From positions 7,501,286 through 7,565,285 of the forward strand of contig NC_068986.1 of assembly GCF_001194135.2 (NCBI RefSeq): a stretch of 64,000 nucleotides of DNA, in the 5' to 3' direction. Source of the stretch: Octopus bimaculoides. Its lineage: Eukaryota. Positions 25,945 to 37,194 of the stretch are shown here, in pieces. Both the position numbers and the translations under genes were made by a program. Numbering within the stretch: position 1 is the first letter of the stretch; each line of letters opens with the position of its first letter. Under the pieces are notes generated by a model. It ran no database searches. It worked only from the letters and a program-made list of their open reading frames with translations, and was not told the origin of the DNA.

Positions 25945-26019
25945 CAGGTCACTGCTTGGAATCGAACTCGAAATCTTGGGGTTAGCAGCCCGCGCTCTTA
26001 ACCACTACGCCATATGCCC
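25945..26019 (-). promoter_or_regulatory. tRNA-derived Pol III head (A box + B box), left terminal repeat
   Basis: Minus strand GGGCATATGGCGTAGTGGTTAAGAGCGCGGGCTGCTAACCCCAAGATTTCGAGTTCGATTCC: A box TGGCGTAGTGG, B box GTTCGATTC, loop CT-GCT-AA reminiscent of tRNA-Ser(GCU). Confidence 0.8.
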
Positions 26020-26059
26020 GTGCAAAGAATATAAGTGCAAAGAATATAAGTAGCGATCG

Positions 26060-26541
26060 TGATACACACCTAGAAGAAATGATCAGGCTCAATAACTATC
26101 TGTTAAGCAACAACTGCCCCAAATGTATACTATCCACTCCAATTATGAAGAAGAGAGAGGATGAGGCCAAAAAACTGTCCACAGTCTGTCTACCCTATAT
26201 GAAAGGCCTCTCCGAAATGATACAAAAGATATGCGGCCCATATGACATCAGGACAGTATTCAAGAGTAATACAACATTTCTTAATTAAATATCTCCGAGT
26301 AAAACCACCAATAGAAGAGAATATGGCCAAAGACTGCGTGTACTCCATCCCATGCAGCTGTGGTAGGTTATACAAAGGCGAAACATGTCGCCCCCTCAAA
26401 ATAAGGGTAGACGAACATCGCAAAGCTATGACACGAGGAGATATTAATAAATCGGGTATAGCTGATCATGTATGGAAAAATGGAGACCACCTGTGGGATG
26501 AAGTTAAAATAATAGACAGAGCAGACCGAGTGCAGATATGA
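26060..26541 (+). pseudogene. PLE C-terminus with GIY-YIG endonuclease (frameshifted)
   Basis: LPYMKGLSEMIQKI..IRTVFKS, then CVYSIPCSCGRLYKGETCRPLKIRVDEH..KSGIADHVWKNGDHLWDEVKIID. Confidence 0.92.
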
Positions 26542-26623
26542 ATAGCATATGGGAACCGGTATTAAGGAAGGATAGAAAAAGATTAGATTTATAAGCCTTA
26601 AAATTCACTCCATAATTGCCCAC

Positions 26624-26696
26624 GGGTATATGGCGTAGTGGTTAGAGCACGGGCTACTAACCCCAAGATTCCGAGTTCGACTCCAAGCAGTGACCT
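26624..26696 (+). promoter_or_regulatory. tRNA-derived Pol III head (A box + B box), right terminal repeat
   Basis: GGGTATATGGCGTAGTGGTTAGAGCACGGGCTACTAACCCCAAGATTCCGAGTTCGACTCC. Confidence 0.8.
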
Positions 26697-26801
26697 GAAC
26701 AATAATAATAATAACAATAATAATAATAATAACAATAATAATAATAATAATAACATCGAAAATATCTTAGGAATGAGAATCCAAGTTCGAAATTTCCCCA
26801 A

Positions 26802-26839
26802 GACACCTGAATAATGTTAATCAGCCGAAACGTTGTGTT
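26802..26839 (+). ncRNA. Degenerate hammerhead motif (core mutated, 5' arm of stem II lost)
   Basis: GACAC-CTGAATAA-TGTTAAT-CAGCC-GAAACGTT-GTGTT. Confidence 0.6.
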
Positions 26840-29800
26840 AACAACAAACAAGATGAGGACAAATATCCTTCGAATGTAGATAATGTAAATAATGGACTAC
26901 TGGTTGTGTGATAGAATTTTCAAATTTGTCAACCTGTTGAATTACCTTAATGGTAATGCTATTTACGGGAGATTTTACCTTTCAATTTTCGTAATCATCT
27001 TGACGTATTGGACATTATTTTCCTAGTTTTGTTGCTAATTTCGGTGACATTCAAGTGTTCATCGGGGTCATCCTCTCTACCACTTCTTACCTCTTTATGA
27101 TTATTATTATTATTATCAGAAAACAAACACTGTTCACAGTGAAGAAAATTTATGAGACAACTATTATTTAGTGTCATATTTATTTTCCATTTTGGTAAAC
27201 TACTTTTGCTGAAGCCTATAATCACTGCTTATAATTTACAAATTGTGCATTGAATCAATGATACATAAAAGCGACCGTTGCCACACACTTTTCGCGACCA
27301 GAGCAGTCAGTTCTATGTCTTCTAATATAGTTTTGTTTATCAATGGTTGATCTTTATAGTCATCTCACCTCCTTCTGCCACATTCCATTTTTTTCAAGTA
27401 GAAATTTCTTTCTTTCGAGATGTTGTTTGCAGTGTGTCGATGGCTTGATTTTATAGAAGTTAGAATAGACGATAAATGGCTTATCCATCGTCTCTGTGAT
27501 TTGGGGGAATAGGATTGTTTTACTTTACTCCAGCCATTCTAGGATGGGCACATTATTTTCTTAAAACACTTGGCCGTAGTTCAGTGCAAGACATATATCT
27601 CAAATTTGCTGGTCTCTTGTTTCTCTTCATTTTGTATGAGTTGTTTTATTTCTTTAAACTTTTAATTAAGTTATTTTCTCATAAATTCAAAATCATTGTT
27701 GTTATTCCTTTGTATTAGCACTTATGGTTCTTCCCTATTGCTATAATAACACAGCAGTATTATATTTGGTTTGCTGTTCATCTCTGCTGAGTTTTGAGTG
27801 TATTGTATGTACACGGTCTGTCCATAAAGCTTTGAAATTGCACCAAACAGACAGCGCAGATCCTTCCTTTTGTGCGTGTGCGTCTTTTTGTGTGGAAGGA
27901 CTAAGTATACCTGTCAACATTAGCTTTGGAATGGTGGTCTCAGAACAATATTAGAAGAACCCTGATCTTCTATCTAAGTTCTAATTTACTGCGTCGATGC
28001 TGTGGTTATGACTGGGCAGTCAGTACATTTACACTTATTATCTTCTTTCTAACATTGAATGCATCTTTTAAAACAATATTTGCATGATTCTTTCTATATT
28101 ATCATTTTCTACTAATACACATATTTGTGCATCGCATCGTTTTTAATTTACTGATTGATCTTGTCTAATTTTATGATTTCGTTTTCTGTATTTCATTTGA
28201 TATTACCAGTTTTAGTTATCATTCCTCTTCTTATAATAAATTTTGAGCACTCTGTCTTATCTAGTACCCATTTGTATATCTTAGATGAGTTTAGAAACAA
28301 TCTTTTAGAATGTTTTCTAATTGAGTGTTACCCCTCGTAAATATTTTACTTTTATTCATATCGGGAAGAGGATTATATTTTGTCTGTATTGTCTATAACC
28401 ATTGGCAGTTTCATTTAACTAATTTGTTACTGAAAACAGAACATAGAGATAGTTTTCATGATCCTTTCTTTGTCTTGTAGTGATATACTTGTTTATTTCT
28501 TCAATTTTCACATGAATGTTTGATTCACTTAATAGTATCAGTACTTCCTTAATTATGTGGAGACTATCCAGTATACAGGCACTGGAAGGAGATCTGTATT
28601 GCATTTTTGGACATTTTATGTTTTATTTTTGTAAACTTTTGTTCACTCAAATTACAATAAGGTTTCTTAGTTCGGAGAACGAACATCTTCGTCCCGCAGT
28701 GGTGCCTACATATGCTCAATACCTTTAAAGTACAGTATGGTCAGGTTGTGAGCGCCTAGTTTTGCAGAATTGAAATGTATTCGGGTGACGTTTGTGGTAT
28801 AACCGATGATATAGAGCAGTGATACGTTTTGTAGGAACTGGGAAGGTTGAGAGAAAGAGAAAACAGTCTACAGCAAACAGAATCAGGAATAATAAAGCAG
28901 GGTAGAATAATAATAGAAGCTTCTATTTCCAAAACACCTATGGTTGCAAATCTGAGGATTGCCAAGGGGCATGCGTCATACCTGGCACCAGGAAGTTCTC
29001 CATAAAACTGGAGACAAGGAAGCAAAGCTCCTTGCTCAACAGAGATGCAACAAGTACAACAAAAACAACATACACTACAATGAAGACAAATTTGTACCTC
29101 AGTTAATGTCCTCGACAAGGCAGTGATATATTAATAACAACACAAGAAAGATTCATGGTGAGAAATAAGTCATAAGCTATCGGACCCTCAGGGAACTAAT
29201 CCAAAGTAATGTGAGGAACTTAAAGGATATTTGAATTTTAGATATTTTGAACCATTTTAAAAAAGACCCGAGAACAAAATCAGGTTGGTTTTCTTACCCA
29301 ATTTTCGTTTTCTTCTCCTTCTGCTTAAATGGATTTATTAAAAGAAGGAAGTAGAATTACGAGGTCAGCAAGGAAGCAAAGAAATAAGCGCAGCGAAATC
29401 AGGTCCATATATACACGCGCGCGCGCACACATGGGTGTGATTACGTATCCTAGCAGATGCAGGCCGGAAGTACAAGCCAGATCATAAAGTATGGAAATAC
29501 ATGTCTCCGTTTCAACTCTGATTTCCCACGGAACGAGGCTCATTTTGGAATATTTAAATATAAAATATATATATATGTGTGTATATGTGTGTGTAGATTG
29601 ATATATACTAATATTTATACTTATAGTTAGTTACATATTTGTCAATTCACAATAAAAAAAGATCATCTGCGGCTTTATTTAATTTCATATATATATATAT
29701 ATATATATATTTTTATATATGACAAGAAGCAGTCACTTATATAAATATCTTTATCCTACGCTAATGTGTATGTCGAAGAAAAAAATATTTACTGAAGGAA

Positions 29801-30169
29801 TGCATAAATCGTTGTCAAAATTATTGCAGAAAAAAAAGATATTTTTTTATGTAAAATCCAGCTGTAAAATGTTCATAGGAAAAACTAGAAGTGTTCTACA
29901 GTTTTGTAGAAGATATGCAAATCAATTTCTTTTTCGTGCTGCTATCACAGTTCTGCATGCAGGTGTCAAATCTACTGTATTGTTCTGATAATGAAACCAA
30001 AAATCCATAGACAAAAATATCCTATACATTAACACTATAACTATTACGTTGACAGCATCAATCCTAACAATTTTTCCTCAGATGTTCACTGAAGATATTT
30101 CGTTTATCTTTTGTGTCTAGAATTTCTGAGACTTTGAAATAGTCAAACTCATTCTTATATACACAATAA

Positions 30170-30440
30170 GAAATGACGACGACGACGTCTTCAGCACAAG
30201 TACAATCATCACAACAACAACGACAACAACAGCAGCAACAACAACAACAGCAACAATAATGACAACAACAACGGTGATGACGACGACGACGACGACGACA
30301 GCGATGATGACAATAACTAATAAAAAAACAACAAATAAAAGAAAAAAAGAAAGTACAAGAACAACAGAAAAATTAAAAGCAACAATAACAATCACAAGAG
30401 CAACAATAAAAAGAACAAGAACGCCAATAAGAATAATAAT
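30170..30440. repeat. Cryptic trinucleotide low-complexity tract (ACA/ACG/AAT/AAG)
   Basis: Direct reading. Confidence 0.85.
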
Positions 30441-30460
30441 ATTCTCTTCATCTGTCACAA

Positions 30461-30570
30461 GTGAAGATGTATGGCTCAGAGGTTTAGAGCGGCCGGTTCA
30501 CACTCATGAGGCAGTGGGTTCCATTCTCAGACAACGCTGTACATTGTGTTCCTAAGCAAGATAATTTATT
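30461..30570 (+). mobile_element. SINE family A head fragment
   Basis: GTGAAGATGTATGGCTCAGAGGTTTAGAGC.. is similar to 9052. Confidence 0.6.
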
Positions 30571-30809
30571 TCACTTCGCTTTTGGATTTGGGTTGCATGA
30601 TTTTTTATGTGTGTTCGTGTGTTGAAGAATATTTTGTTGTGTCTGGGGAGAGTCATTCTCTTTTAGTACCTTATTATTTATCACACTCACCGGTCCAATT
30701 TCCACACACATGCAAAGACACAAACACGAACAAACACATGAATATGCAGAATACATACATACAAACGTATACACATATATACATATATGCATACACACAC
30801 ATGCATGCA

Positions 30810-30843
<34 letters not shown>

Positions 30844-30879
30844 CATATATATGTGTATAAGCACGCACACTGACCTACA

Positions 30880-31018
30880 CACATGCGCACAAACAAACAA
30901 AAAGAACGCAGCTCGGAAAGCGGACAGACTCAACGACTATTGAAAAGTTTGCAAGACGCAACGAAAATTTTAGAAAAGATAAATAAGTAAATGAGTGGCA
31001 ACTTAACCGGTGAGTGTG
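30880..31018 (+). repeat. Unclassified dispersed repeat, copy 2
   Basis: Homologous to 17812-17944. Confidence 0.8.
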
Positions 31019-31059
31019 TTAAATAATAAGACACTAAAATAGATCTATGCAGTAGGGGC

Positions 31060-31769
31060 AGAGGTCACTAGAAGATTAGATATCTCACAGGGAAAGATTA
31101 AAAAATGTGGAAAAGGAGACTACAAAATAAAGTGAAGACTTACAGACAAAATGGTGAAACCGTATGGCATATTACCAGTCAATGTACGCCACTAGCCCAG
31201 AAAGAATATGAGACGTCACAACAATGTAGCAAGGATTGTCCATTGGACACTTTGCAACAAGTATGGACTTGAGAGAGTAAAAAAGTGGTACGACCACAAA
31301 TCCGAAGGCATCGTCGAAAATGATGATGCAAAGATCCTATGAGGTTTTATGATTCAGTGCGACCATGAGACAGAGAATAGTAAACCAGACATAGTGTTAA
31401 TTGAGAAAGAAAGCAAACGATGCCGGATCATAGATATAGCATGTCCAGCTGACAACAATAATAGGAAGAAGGAAAAGTCGATAGATATAACAGGTTAGCT
31501 TGGGAGGTTAAGCAGTTGTGGTCGATGAAAAAGGTGGCAATAGTACCAATGATTGTCGGAACCCTGGGAACAGTGAGTAAAAATCTTCAAACGTACTTGG
31601 AACAAATAGGAACTGCAATAAGAGTGGAGCGCTTGCAGAGAATAGCTCTGCTTGGAACCACTGGGATACTCCGGATGGTGCTCGGAAAATAAGGTGTGTT
31701 ACCTTAGTTCTCTGGTAGTGAACATCTGACACCGTAGTGCATCTCTAGCGATAGAAACGGTGCAAAGAC
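31060..31769 (+). mobile_element. R4/Dong-like 3' fragment with (AAT)n tail
   Basis: RRHNNVARIVHWTLCNKYG..WYDHKSEGIVENDDAKIL..KPDIVLIEKE..IIDIACP..VPMIVGTLG..LLGTTGILR. Confidence 0.9.
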
Positions 31770-31779
31770 AATAATAATG

Positions 31780-31850
<71 letters not shown>
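31770..31850. repeat. (AAT)n array between two RLE elements
   Basis: Direct reading. Confidence 0.98.
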
Positions 31851-31852
<2 letters not shown>

Positions 31853-32050
31853 CTGGAAATAGAGGTAACTCGAATGTGGAATCTAAAAACAGAAACAATT
31901 CCTATCATAGTAGGTGCCTTAGGTATAATAAAAAAATATTCAGACAAATACATAACAAAAACACCAGGACTTACAAATATATATAACATACAGAAAATTG
32001 CACTACTGGGTACTGCACACATCCTACGCAAAACACTTTCAATACAGTAA
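31851..32050 (+). mobile_element. Short R4/Dong-like 3' fragment (different subfamily)
   Basis: LEIEVTRMWNLKTETIPIIVGALGIIKK..IQKIALLGTAHILRKTLSIQ*. Confidence 0.9.
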
Positions 32051-32502
32051 CNNNNNNNNNNNNNNNNNNNNNNNNNNNNNNNNNNNNNNNNNNNNNNNNN
32101 NNNNNNNNNNNNNNNNNNNNNNNNNNNNNNNNNNNNNNNNNNNNNNNNNNNNNNNNNNNNNNNNNNNNNNNNNNNNNNNNNNNNNNNNNNNNNNNNNNNN
32201 NNNNNNNNNNNNNNNNNNNNNNNNNNNNNNNNNNNNNNNNNNNNNNNNNNNNNNNNNNNNNNNNNNNNNNNNNNNNNNNNNNNNNNNNNNNNNNNNNNNN
32301 NNNNNNNNNNNNNNNNNNNNNNNNNNNNNNNNNNNNNNNNNNNNNNNNNNNNNNNNNNNNNNNNNNNNNNNNNNNNNNNNNNNNNNNNNNNNNATATATA
32401 TATATATATATATATAATCTTTACTTTAGAGTACTGTGTGTGTGTGAGTGTACGTGCGTGTGCGTGTGTGCGTGCGTGTGTGTGTGTTTGTGTGCGTGTG
32501 AA

Positions 32503-32894
32503 CATGTAAACAGTCAAACAGAAAGAAAGTAAAGACTGAAGATTTTCCAATAATGAATGTTTAAGGATAAAAATAGAGATATAGTAATGAAAGCAAATAA
32601 ATATTTGGATGAATCGAGCTTCCTGAATGCGGAGGCTCGATTTATCCAATGTTTATTTGTTTCCATTCCTGGCAGCATAATTGGAAGAACTACATCTGCC
32701 AACATTATGAAGAATTTCAAAGTTTTCAGAAACAGCTGTCGGACTTGTAATGCCATACAGTCTCCCCTTTCATTCTCTCTGCCAGTCGTACACTGTGTGA
32801 GTTTGCTCTGTTAATATATAAATATTCTTTATATTTATACTGAAATATTCATCGTCTGAGAATCTTCAGTCTTTGCTTTGTTTCTGTTTACATG
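32503..32894. repeat. ~390-bp segment bounded by ~55-bp imperfect inverted repeats (MITE-like)
   Basis: CATGTAAACAG..AAAGACTGAAGATT..ATGAAT pairs with ATTCAT..AATCTTCAGTCTTT..CTGTTTACATG. Confidence 0.7.
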
Positions 32895-33664
32895 CATGCA
32901 TAATATTTTGTATTTCAATCCAAACTTGTTCCATATTTAGTTTGCTTATCTGCAAAATTGCCTCCATTCCGACTCATGTGGATTACTTTTATAATCACTC
33001 ATTACTCCAAAGAACTGGTCCCTCGTAAAGATATCGGAGTCTAATTTCGAATAATTTAAGCGCTAGTAAGTGTTTCCTACACCCAAAATCTCTGGATCTC
33101 GTTTGTTGACTATATACATGTAACTAATATATATATTTATAAAATATACATCTTGCATGTATGTATGTATGTATGTATGTATGTATGGTGGCTGTCTGTC
33201 TGTCTGTATGTATGTAGGTATGTATGTATGTATGTATGTATATATATATATGCACCTATACATACAGGTGGATGTCGGTATGCACATACCTGGACGTATA
33301 TATGCATATACTCATTTACTANNNNNNNNNNNNNNNNNNNNNNNNNNNNNNNNNNNNNNNNNNNNNNNNNNNNNNNNNNNNNNNNNNNNNNNNNNNNNNN
33401 NNNNNNNNNNNNNNNNNNNNNNNNNNNNNNNNNNNNNNNNNNNNNNNNNNNNNNNNNNNNNNNNNNNNNNNNNNNNNNNNNNNNNNNNNNNNNNNNNNNN
33501 NNNNNNNNNNNNNNNNNNNNNNNNNNNNNNNNNNNNNNNNNNNNNNNNNNNNNNNNNNNNNNNNNNNNNNNNNNNNNNNNNNNNNNNNNNNNNNNNNNNN
33601 NNNNNNNNNNNNNNNNNNNNNNNNNNNNNNNNNNNNNNNNNNNNNNNNNTATATATATATATAT

Positions 33665-33975
33665 CTTATATAATGATTTGGGATAGAGAAGAGAAACTGA
33701 AGATCAGTGAAAAAGAGAATACCTACACTGAACTATTAAGAAACCTGTAGTTACTCTATCCAGACTACAAGGTCAGGTTTATACCTGTAATTATTGGGGC
33801 CCTGGGAGATGTAACACATTGCTTAAATACCAATCTTAAGAAACTAGGCTTCTCAAAACCAGTAAAGAGAAAGCTAATTTGAGGACTACAGATTCAATCC
33901 ATCACTGGAACTGTAAAAATCTATAAATCCTTCCAGAAGTTTATCATTTAAACACATATGAGCATGTCTAGATAT
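33665..33975 (+). mobile_element. R4/Dong-like 3' fragment, same family as 632-1580
   Basis: Shares GGGATAGAGAA..CTGAAGATCA..TTTATACCTGTAATT..ATCACTGGAACTG..CAGAA.TTTATC.TTTAA..ATATGAGCATGTCTAGATAT with 1235-1580. Confidence 0.9.
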
Positions 33976-34080
33976 TGTTGAAGCATGGAATAAACTACCC
34001 GCATCAGTTGTTAGCTGTCGAGACACTGCAGCCTTCAAAACTCCATGCTTCTTGAAATCCGCCAACTGTATAGCTGATGG
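33976..34080 (+). mobile_element. CR1/L2-like LINE 3' end fragment
   Basis: VEAWNKLPASVVSCRDTAAFK resembles the CR1/L2 ORF2 C-terminal WN.LP..VV....L..FK motif. Confidence 0.65.
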
Positions 34081-34128
34081 CTCCCTTTTTTCTTAGTTGT
34101 AGTGCTCTTGAGCATTGTAAACAATGAT

Positions 34129-34175
<47 letters not shown>

Positions 34176-35559
34176 GTTATATGAGGTAAAATTAAAATTT
34201 TTTACAAAATTTTCACTCTCCATTTTTACCATTGCATTATCGGTGGAATCCACCAATTATGGTTTCTTGTTAATTTTTTCTCAATGATAACAGTTAATTT
34301 CTTCTCAGTCATCTTTGAAGCATTATGTGCTATTTTTCTTTCTGTAAATGTTGTTTCGCATTTCAAGTTTGCCATATAAAATGTTTTTGCCAGATAAATC
34401 ATTAAATGTAATGTTCGTTTAGTTACCAGAAAGTCAAATCTTGATAGAACTGCAAAAAAAATCAGACTATTAGATATGAGAAAAAATTAAGAAAACAAAC
34501 TGTTATTGTGATAGCAATTATATCATTTATCTTATAAAAAAATATTAATGCTAAAACATTTTGTTGGGTTTCTTTTTCAGATAAAAATAAAATTTGCTTA
34601 CAATTTTTTAAAATTAACGATGAAACCGCCTACGACAGTAAACAAAAACTTGTGGTTATCACAACATACGGCAAAACATTTCGCTTTTAGATTATTCTAA
34701 ATAATGGGCAATAGGAAAAGTATTTTCAAGGAGATAGTATCTTAAGTAAATACCAGAAATTATAAAGTAACTATTATTTTGATAAATTAATTATATCTTG
34801 AAAAATGTTGTATAGATATATTTGATATTTATAAATTATTACAATCGTTTTTATATTGATTTTCCAATTTAAACCATTTATATTGTAAATAACTGCATTA
34901 TCGCATATGTTTCTCGTTTATTGATTAAAAAGCCAAGCATCTGAATAATTAATGGATCAATTAAACTCTAAGATTAGTTTAAATATAAAAAAGTCTACTC
35001 TTTTGGCCACGATTCACTTTTAATATAAATATAATCTACAGCCAGTCAATGAACGAATATCTACTCGGTCGTTTGATCTGCTAAGAATAGCAGCCACGTC
35101 TTCCTCTGTTCAAATCCTACCGAAGGAAAAATACAGCCAATAATAGAGCCATATCTGCATAAAAATACCATATGATTGCGGAGGGAACATTTTTGTTGTT
35201 GATTTTCGCTGATCTGTGACTAAAATATAACGATATTATTGTTTCTAGAAATAGGCTCACGTAATAAGAATGGAAAATGAGTGAGTTCCGGACTTTATGA
35301 ATGTTCGAGACAAGGCAAATAAGATTATTAATAAAATCTGACTGATAACTATATTGTTTTGTCCACAGAAAGATTTATACAGTTACCTTTATTTTTGAGA
35401 ATTCAGAGACAAGTAATGAATGTTTTCTACGACGGATTCTCAAACTGAATACTGGATGCCATTCTGAAACTGTACACACGCAGACTTCCAGTCTAGATTC
35501 TCATCTGAAAACAGAACCAATGAGCCTAGCTTTTCTCTTCATCTCTCCTATGTATCACC

Positions 35560-36330
35560 ATGCATGTTTTAACAGTTCATTCTGTATGCTGTAGACTAGG
35601 GACGTCATCCAGTGTAGCATGGCCGCATATGAATTTGTACGCCGACTCCACCAGCACCGTCTGGCATGTATTCGCCCAGCCTCCGAGCCTCACAATGGAG
35701 CTTGGCTCAATGCGGTGCTATCACTCACAACTAGTACTCAGCCTGATAGTGAAAGCCTGCGTATTGGCGTTTCTCTGAGCTGTGAGCCTCGTGAATGCCA
35801 CTGCGGATCCAGAATGAATTATTTTAGCCTCCACCCACTGTCCTGCCGTCATAGTGCTCGCCGCCTTCCACGCCATGCCACCCTTAGATCAGAAAGCAGG
35901 GCCTAGACGCCGCAGGCTTCTGTTCCCAGCTCGAGCCAGCAAGGCTAGACAGAGGGGACTGCAAAAGGCCGGATGGTATAACATTTTTCCGGTTCCGTGG
36001 CGGTAGGCTCCTCATCTAAGATGCCACACGCTGTAACACCGTCTCCAGCGGCAACTTGGTGTTGTCAGCTACCAGTTCCGGATCCGATTCTCGTAAGGCT
36101 GAGAAAAACAAACTGTCAAGGTATCGGTTTACGGTCAGACAGGTTTACGGTCGAACCTGTGGTAGTTGAAACCTCCACCATTCTCGGCCCTCTGACCATA
36201 TCCCTGCTTACCGCTATCGGTGGTGGGTAGAATCGCTGCCTGGAAGTGTGATCCCCGCGAGCCAGATTGGCTGTTCCAGCGCTCTCCCTCGCCATCCTCC
36301 GGGGCAACGCCTTTTTCCATTTTGTCTGCT
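35560..36330 (+). mobile_element. CRE-clade-like RLE non-LTR retrotransposon, 3' fragment
   Basis: NGAWLNAV..SLRIGVSL..ECHCG..LHPLSCRH..RHATL, RALDAAG..LEPARLDRGDCKRPDGIT..DAT, EPVVVETS.ILGP..LFQR..LAILRGNA; locally GC-rich. Confidence 0.8.
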
Positions 36331-37194
36331 GGTACCATGAGGAATGTTGAACTATGATTGAAGAAAGTGACCTCAACTTCTGTCAGTCGAGAATTTTCCC
36401 CTTCTTTGATGAATTAAGGAAAATAATCACACAAGTAGATAGTATAAGGTTGTTATAACCGCCTTACACCACAAAATACTTCCTATCTCCTTGCACTAAA
36501 ATGAAAATAGAAATACTCTCACCTACATAGAATCATGTAAATGTCATTTATTCACTAAATTGAGACAGAAATATATATCATGTCTGCTGACAGGACCTGA
36601 ATCGTTATATGTTGTCTATTTAGTGTTTCTATTGGCGATTATGTCACAGAGAGGAGTTAATTTGAGGAGATGGTGTCCTAATCATTGATGCATCAGTGGT
36701 TAAGTGATGGACTTGTTCAATAATTTTTAGTAGAGTTGTTTCTATTTTTTGTCTCAGTTACAAACAATGGCAAATTTATATTCCAGACGCATAAAAAGAT
36801 ATAAAAAAACTAACGAGCTTATTTTATTTAGACTAGGCTATTTTCAAAACGCTAAATCCCTAACGACGTATAAGCATTCTAAAATCTTAGAACTAATGTT
36901 ATGTTAAATTTTATGAGAGCTACAAACATAATTTCATTTATTAATATTACTGAAATATACTTTCTCACTTTTATATCACATTACGTAACATATTTTGTGT
37001 GTCTAATTGTTTCTGCTGAAAGAAACATAGAAAATGGCTATTATTTCATCCTACTGTGCTGGAAATTTACCGGTTTCCCGTGGGAAAACAGACAAGTTTG
37101 CATATTTTTATTGACATATGATGAAAAACAAATACCGTATATGAATCAATTTTAACATGTTTTATTCTTAAGTTAAACAAAAGTGATCATAATA

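Larger units (their letters stand above)
25706..26894 (+). mobile_element. 5'-truncated Penelope-like element with inverted terminal repeats and 14-bp TSD
   Basis: GIY-YIG fragment flanked by inverted repeats at 25706-26022 and 26621-26894; direct repeat GACTACTGGTTGTG at 25692-25705 and 26895-26908. Confidence 0.9.

Noticed and set aside
26624-26696. Possible genuine tRNA gene
   Set aside because: The acceptor and T stems do not pair properly and the anticodon differs between the two copies (ACT versus GCT). It is a tRNA-derived head inside a mobile element.
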